Assembly: GCA_049515615.1 (NCBI GenBank)
Contig: JBEKTX010000002.1
Span: 1 to 42,181, forward strand
Direction of reading: 5' to 3'
Origin: Spirochaetia bacterium
Lineage (GTDB): Bacteria; Spirochaetota; Spirochaetia; SZUA-6; Fen-1364
DNA length: 42,181 nt
Below, piece by piece: positions 37,780-42,181 of the stretch (its first letter is position 1; every line of letters starts with the position of its first letter). Made by a program: the position numbers and the translations under genes. The notes beneath the pieces were generated by a model that saw only the letters and a program-made list of their open reading frames with translations, was not told the origin of the DNA and did no database searches.

Positions 37780-38655
37780 ATGGAATCCCTCGAACACCTG
37801 TTGCCCGTCCAGAACCAATGCGGGGAGACCCCGATCTGGATTCCGCAGGAGAAGGCCCTGTACTGGGTGGACACCGGCGGTCGGTCCGTGTACCGCTATG
37901 ATCCGGACAGTGGCTGGGTCCAGCGTTACCCTGTCGCCGTGGGCTCCCAGGCCCTGGCCCGCAAGTCCGACTCCGAGTGGGTGCTGCTGTCCACGGGCGG
38001 TGTCTCGATCTGGCACCGCCAGACCAATAGCTGCCGCTTCCTGGGCAACCCGGTGGCGGACCGGCCCCGCCTGGAGTTCTGCGACTGCGCCGTGGACCCC
38101 CGCGGCCGCCTGCTGGCCGGCACGTACAACGCCGACAAGTTCGACGCCCCGGATGGAGCCTACTGGCGCCTGGATGCCGACGGGAGCTTCCACGAAATCG
38201 AGCGGGGCGTCGTTTTCACCAACGGCATCGCCTTCAGCCCGGACGGGAAGACCATGTACGGCGCGGAGATGTTCGGCCGCAGGATCCTGGCCTGGGACTA
38301 CGACCTGGAAGCCGGCACGGTGGACGGACGGCGGGTGCTGGCCGAGCTGGAGCCCGATGCCGGCTACCCGGACGGGGTCATCGTGGACGCCGAGGGCTAT
38401 TTGTGGGTCGGCCACTGGGCCGGGTGGCGCGTCAGCCGCTACAGTCCGGCCGGGAAGGTGGATCACGTCATCCGTCTCCCCGTGCCCACCGCCACCTGCA
38501 TGGCCTTCGGAGGCCGGGACCTGAACGAGCTGTACATCACCACGGCGTACAAGGGACTTACGGAGGAGCAGCGCCAGGCCGCGCCGCTGTCCGGGGACCT
38601 GTTCCGGGTGAAGCTTGACGTAAAGGGCATCGAGGAACCGCTCTTCCGCGGATAG
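37780..38655 (+). CDS. SMP-30/gluconolactonase/LRE-like (SGL) beta-propeller hydrolase
   Basis: QCGETPIWIPQEKALYWVD, CDCAVDPRGRLLAGT, FTNGIAFSPDGKTMY and YPDGVIVDAEGYLWV repeats. AGGAGG RBS precedes ATG 37780. Confidence 0.85.
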   Translation: MESLEHLLPVQNQCGETPIWIPQEKALYWVDTGGRSVYRYDPDSGWVQRYPVAVGSQALARKSDSEWVLLSTGGVSIWHRQTNSCRFLGNPVADRPRLEFCDCAVDPRGRLLAGTYNADKFDAPDGAYWRLDADGSFHEIERGVVFTNGIAFSPDGKTMYGAEMFGRRILAWDYDLEAGTVDGRRVLAELEPDAGYPDGVIVDAEGYLWVGHWAGWRVSRYSPAGKVDHVIRLPVPTATCMAFGGRDLNELYITTAYKGLTEEQRQAAPLSGDLFRVKLDVKGIEEPLFRG

Positions 38656-38767
38656 AGCTGCTGCACGCGCTTGGCCCCGTAGGTGCCGCGGGGCTAGCTC
38701 GTTACGAACACGTTCACCCCAGCTGCCATCACGGCCGCCTTCGGCGAGCGCATCGGAGGCCCTGGAG

Positions 38768-39628
38768 GGCGATGTATTGGGAGAGGGCTTCGCGGGCTTC
38801 GATCGAGAAGGCGGGTATACGGATCGAATGATCGATGGAAAAACCGGAGTGCTTCCAGTTGATGAGGCTGGTGGCCAGAGTGGCGTTGATGAGCTGTTTG
38901 TTCAAGAAGAACTTGATGATCAAGCGGCGAAAGTACTCCGTCATTCTTTGAAGATTCCCAAGGGGAATATGTACAAACCTGCCCCTCTCATCGAAACCAC
39001 CCTCCAATACGATGCAGTGGTAATGGGGGTTAAACTTCAAATATTCGCCTGCTGACTGATACGCCAGGACCATCCCGGTCTTGATCTGCCTTCCTGCTGC
39101 CTTGTCGTAGAAACGCTTTATGATGACGAAAATGAGTCGGCTGATGTCGGAGAACAGCCGGCGGTTATGGCGGAAATAGGGTCTCAACAGCTTGGGGAAG
39201 GTGAAGACGAATTGGCGGTGGGGCAAGGACAGAAGGAGCCGGCCCTTCATGTACTCCGAAAACAGCAGGGTTCGCTTCTGCGAGCAGGACGGGCTGAAGG
39301 AGAATCCTTTGCAGGAGAAGGGGCGGAAATACGCATATTTGCAGTCCGGATTGGTGCATTGAATGCGGGCAATCCCCTGGGAATAGTCTCCGCAGCGGAT
39401 GAACTTCTCCACCACCTCCGTGATACGCTCGATGCGGAAGCGACCGTAGATGACGGCGTGTTTGTTCTCGTACTGATCAGCGAAACTCTGAAAGTGTTTT
39501 TTGAACAGGAGCTGGACGGCGTTGATTCCCCTCGGCAGGTAGACCGCCTTCTTGATCGGAGCGATCTGAAGAAGATCCTCGCCACGGCCCGCCGCCGCTC
39601 GCTGAAGGCGCAGCCCGCGTGATGCCAA
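38768..39628 (-). mobile_element. second, diverged and 3'-truncated IS91-family transposase relic
   Basis: CGDYSQGIARIQCTNPDCKYAYFRPFSCKGFSFSPSCSQKR, FNPHYHCIVLEGGFD and LINWKHSGFSIDHS parallel copy 1. Homology ends after ...EALSQYIA, so the Tyr-motif region is missing. There is no in-frame ATG near the expected start. A spot count of one 60-nt line gives 47% G+C. Confidence 0.75.
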
Positions 39629-39634
39629 TATCAG

Positions 39635-39676
39635 GACGGGGTGGAGGGGCGCGGGCGGGGACCCTCGCACCCCGTC
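39635..39676. other. strong GC-rich hairpin flanking the 5' side of the IS91 relic
   Basis: GACGGGGTGGAGGG (39635-39648) pairs with CCCTC-g-CACCCCGTC (39662-39676), giving 14 bp with one bulged G and a 13-nt loop. No T-tract on either strand. Confidence 0.5.
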
Positions 39677-39761
39677 GGTCCCGAACAGGCGCCGGGGGAC
39701 AGTGTTGATGGCGTCATCACATAGTGTTACAGTGGGGAACTCGCGTATGGGCGACCCCACG

Positions 39762-40592
39762 ATGTCGAAACACGCCGGCAATCCTGCCTACATCATCCCC
39801 AATCTCGACCGCGCCCTGCGCATCATGGAGCATCTGAGCACGCGCCGGGAGGGCAGCTCGATCACGGAGATCGCCACGCAGCTCTCTCTGCCGAAGAACA
39901 GCGTCTTCCGGATCGTGCGGACGCTGGCGGCAAGCGGGTACCTCGACGAGCACGGCAAGTCCTGGCGACTCAGTCCCAAGATCCTCTCCCTGGGCTATAC
40001 CGCCGTGCAGAGCACGAACCTCATCAGTGCATGCATGGACGAGATGCGCATGCTGCGAGACGAGATCAACGAGACCATCTTCGTGGGCGCGCTTTCGGAA
40101 GGCAAGGTCGTCATCCTCGAGGAGCTCGCGTCCTTCCAGCTCGTCAAGTTCACTGTCGAGATCGGCCACAGGGTCCCCATCCATGCCTCTGCGCCCGGCA
40201 AGGCCATCCTGGCGCACCTGCCGCCCGCCGAACAGAAGGACCTCCTGGCGCACATCGCCTTCACCCGGTTCAACGACAGGACCATCCCGGGGATGAAGGC
40301 CATGCAGGCTGAGATCGAGAAGATCATGCAGCTGGGCTATGCGCTTGACCTCGGCGAGGAGGTTGCCGAAATCTGGTGTGCCGCCAGCCCGGTGCTCGAC
40401 TACCGCGCGTATCCTATCGCCTCCATCTGGCTCTCGGGCCCCCAGTTCCGGTTGGCTAATATGGACCTGGCCCGCGTCGGCGCTGTGGTGCGAGAGCATG
40501 CGCTGCGCATCTCGAAGCAGTTCGGCTACGATCCATCGGTTGCCCGGCAACCCGGCGGTGGGAAGATGCCTGGGGAATCGTCCGCCTCGTAG
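39762..40592 (+). CDS. IclR-family transcriptional regulator
   Basis: The N-terminal wHTH (LDRALRIMEHLS......SITEIATQLSLPKNSVFRIVRTLAASGYL) is followed by an IclR effector-binding domain (HASAPGKAILA, GYALDLGE). Start ATG 39762 is chosen; the track start is 39702. Confidence 0.85.
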   Translation: MSKHAGNPAYIIPNLDRALRIMEHLSTRREGSSITEIATQLSLPKNSVFRIVRTLAASGYLDEHGKSWRLSPKILSLGYTAVQSTNLISACMDEMRMLRDEINETIFVGALSEGKVVILEELASFQLVKFTVEIGHRVPIHASAPGKAILAHLPPAEQKDLLAHIAFTRFNDRTIPGMKAMQAEIEKIMQLGYALDLGEEVAEIWCAASPVLDYRAYPIASIWLSGPQFRLANMDLARVGAVVREHALRISKQFGYDPSVARQPGGGKMPGESSAS

Positions 40593-40603
40593 GAGGTGCA
40601 CAT

Positions 40604-40920
40604 ATGGCCGAGATCACGCGTATCCAGGCCCAGAACCAGTGTGGCGAATCACCCATCTGGAACCCGCGGACAGCGACGCTGTCCTGGGTCGACACGTAGA
40701 AACCCCTTCTCGCCGCGCTCTCCGACGGGAGCGAATGCGCGATGTCGAAGCCGACGAGCCGGCTCGTGCAGGCCATCGGCCTTCGCCGCTCGGGCGGCTG
40801 GGTAGCGGTGGTGCGGGACGGGTTTTCATTTATGCAGGCCGACGGCACGGAGACGCGCTTCCTGGGCAACCCCGTCGAGGGTCTTCCGCATATGACTATG
40901 AACGACGGAACCGTCGGCCC
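40604..40920 (+). pseudogene. 5' part of a second SGL/gluconolactonase gene, with an in-frame stop and truncated
   Basis: MAEITRIQAQNQCGESPIWNPRTATLSWVDT then TAG (40697-40699). The same frame continues ...LVQAIGLRRSGGWVAVVRDGFSFMQADGTETRFLGNPVEGLPHMTMNDGTVGP, paralleling the intact lactonase at 37780. Homology ends near 40920. Confidence 0.65.
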
Positions 40921-41487
40921 GCCGCCGAGTACCTGCTCATCTCAACGGACTATGTGTTTGATGGCGCGGCACGGGAAGACTACTCCGAGTTCTCGTCGCC
41001 GAACCCCATCAACGAGTATGGAAAGTCGAAGCTCGCGGGGGAAAGGCTCGCGGCCAGCATCTGGCCGAGGACATACGTCGTGAGGACCGCATGGCTCTTC
41101 GGTCACCGGCCAAAGAACTACGTGGACCGCGTGCTGAGCGCAGCGGACAACGGCGGCGTGGTGCGGATGGCCGATGACCAGCTCGAGTCCCCGACGTACG
41201 TCCCGCACCTGGCGGCGGCAATTTGTGCTCTCATGCCCACCGGCGCGCACGGGACATACCACGTAACAAGCCTCGGAGCCTGCACGCGGCTGGAGTTTGC
41301 GCGCTATGTGCTTTCAAAGGCGGGACGCACGGTGCCGGTGGAGAAGCTCGAAAGCTCCGCCGTCCCGCGGGCGGCGCGAAGGCCGGGACGCACGGTACTG
41401 GACTGCAGGCTCTTTCGGCTGGTGACAGGACACGAGCTACCCGCCTGGCAGTCGGGCGTGGACGAATACCTGCGCCGCCAAGAATGA
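40921..41487 (+). pseudogene. C-terminal two-thirds of a dTDP-4-dehydrorhamnose reductase (RmlD) gene, lacking its 5' end
   Basis: LLISTDYVFDG...PINEYGKSKLAGE...VRTAWLFG...DQLESPTYVPHLA...GTYHV is an RmlD-like pattern. The Rossmann N-terminus is absent. The upstream part of track ORF 40339-41487 is out-of-frame read-through of the IclR gene and the lactonase relic. Confidence 0.75.
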
Positions 41488-41535
41488 ACCGGGTCGTGCC
41501 GTCAATGCGATCGTCGAGACCGTGGAGGTAGACCC

Positions 41536-42181
41536 ATGTACGTTGAATCGGGCGACCTCGAAGCTGTCGAAACCCTGCGAGGCTTCGACCTCTGCATCGT
41601 CGGCGCAGGAGCCGCAGGACTGGCTCTTGCGCACCGTCTCACAGGCTCGCCGCTCAAGGTGCTCGTCCTGGCGAGCGGGTTGCCAACAGACCGCGGGCTG
41701 CCGTCCGGATCGCGGCAGAAGATCTACGGGGGAACCCTCGGTCCTTTCCTGAGCCGAGTTGATCCACTCTTCCTGCGTCGCTCACGGCTCAACATGTATG
41801 GTGGGACGACGAATCATTTCGGATTCTGGGCCCGGCCCCTCGACGAGGCAGACTTCCTGCCAAGGCAAGGGTACCGCTCTGCCGGCTGGCCAATCCCACG
41901 AACCTCGCTCGATCCCTACTATGCCGAGGCGAACGCTTACGGCCGATACGGTCCATTCAACTATTACGATCTTGCTTTCTGGGAGCGTGTTCTCGGCGGC
42001 GCGGGCTTCCCGCGGAAGACGGAGGATCGTCTTGCCCGGGCCGTCTTTCACGCGCAGTACGCGGACACCGTGCGTCAATTTCAGGTCCAGCTTGGGGAGA
42101 CGCTCCGTGCCGCGCCGAACGTGACGGTGCTGTTCAACGCGCACCTCCTTTCCATTGAAACCGACGACGGCGGGCACGTGC
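41536..42181 (+). CDS. FAD-dependent GMC-type oxidoreductase, 5' part (runs off the window)
   Basis: Hand translation from ATG 41536 (GGAGG RBS at 41524-41528): MYVESGDLEAVETLRGFDLCIVGAGAAGLALAHRL...LNMYGGTTNHFGFWARPLDEADF... It has an FAD Rossmann GxGxxG motif. The frame stays open to the last base of the window. It is absent from the ORF track because no stop is reached. Confidence 0.7.
   Translation, partial: MYVESGDLEAVETLRGFDLCIVGAGAAGLALAHRLTGSPLKVLVLASGLPTDRGLPSGSRQKIYGGTLGPFLSRVDPLFLRRSRLNMYGGTTNHFGFWARPLDEADFLPRQGYRSAGWPIPRTSLDPYYAEANAYGRYGPFNYYDLAFWERVLGGAGFPRKTEDRLARAVFHAQYADTVRQFQVQLGETLRAAPNVTVLFNAHLLSIETDDGGHV

Noticed and set aside
40339-41487. A single 382-aa protein, as listed in the ORF track.
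   Set aside because: Only the last 188 residues or so are RmlD-like. The first 194 or so are out-of-frame read-through of the iclR 3' end and the lactonase relic, with an Arg/Pro-rich nonsense translation.

Overview
This is a high-GC bacterial chromosomal segment. Spot counts of single 60-nt lines give about 70-80% G+C. No database search was possible, so all calls rest on motifs I recognise in the translations and on reading the DNA. Pseudogene and block boundaries are approximate (about +/-15 nt).

The left half (1-21 kb) looks like core genome:
- A complete trp operon with enteric-style fusions (trpE, trpGD, trpCF, trpB, trpA). It is preceded by a Trp-rich leader ORF and attenuator that the ORF track does not show.
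- radC, then a divergent CheY-like receiver / XRE regulator pair.
- An amidohydrolase / D-2-hydroxyacid dehydrogenase / kdgK operon.
- GNAT-type genes and an acyltransferase + HAD phosphatase pair.
- eno (with a palindromic 28-bp tandem repeat array just upstream), rpiA, a PAS-PP2C phosphatase and rlpA.

A tRNA-Arg(CCT) at 21.1 kb is followed 118 nt later by a degenerate copy of its own 3' half. This marks the start of a mosaic accessory region (about 21.2-41.5 kb). That region holds a DUF4143 AAA+ ATPase, two diverged IS91-like relics in convergent orientation, and an rve-type IS remnant. Between the relics, mostly on the minus strand, lies a catabolic locus: AcoA/AcoB/AcoC-type E1alpha-E1beta-E2, a SorC regulator, an Fe-alcohol dehydrogenase, an FGGY kinase, a CUT2 sugar ABC transporter, and a plus-strand SMP-30/gluconolactonase-type enzyme.

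The most unusual signal is compositional and structural. The four intact ABC transporter genes sit in two sharply bounded blocks of about 30% G+C, spliced into this locus of about 70% G+C. One block replaces the middle of a second, broken ADH copy. The locus also contains two paralogous ADH-kinase modules that have decayed in complementary fashion. A 20-codon relic of a native high-GC signal peptide suggests the original transporter was displaced in situ. Further right are an IclR regulator, a lactonase pseudogene fused to an RmlD C-terminal fragment, and a GMC-type oxidoreductase ORF that runs off the window and is absent from the ORF track.

Many long ORFs in the track are antisense or alternate-frame artefacts of high GC and are rejected.
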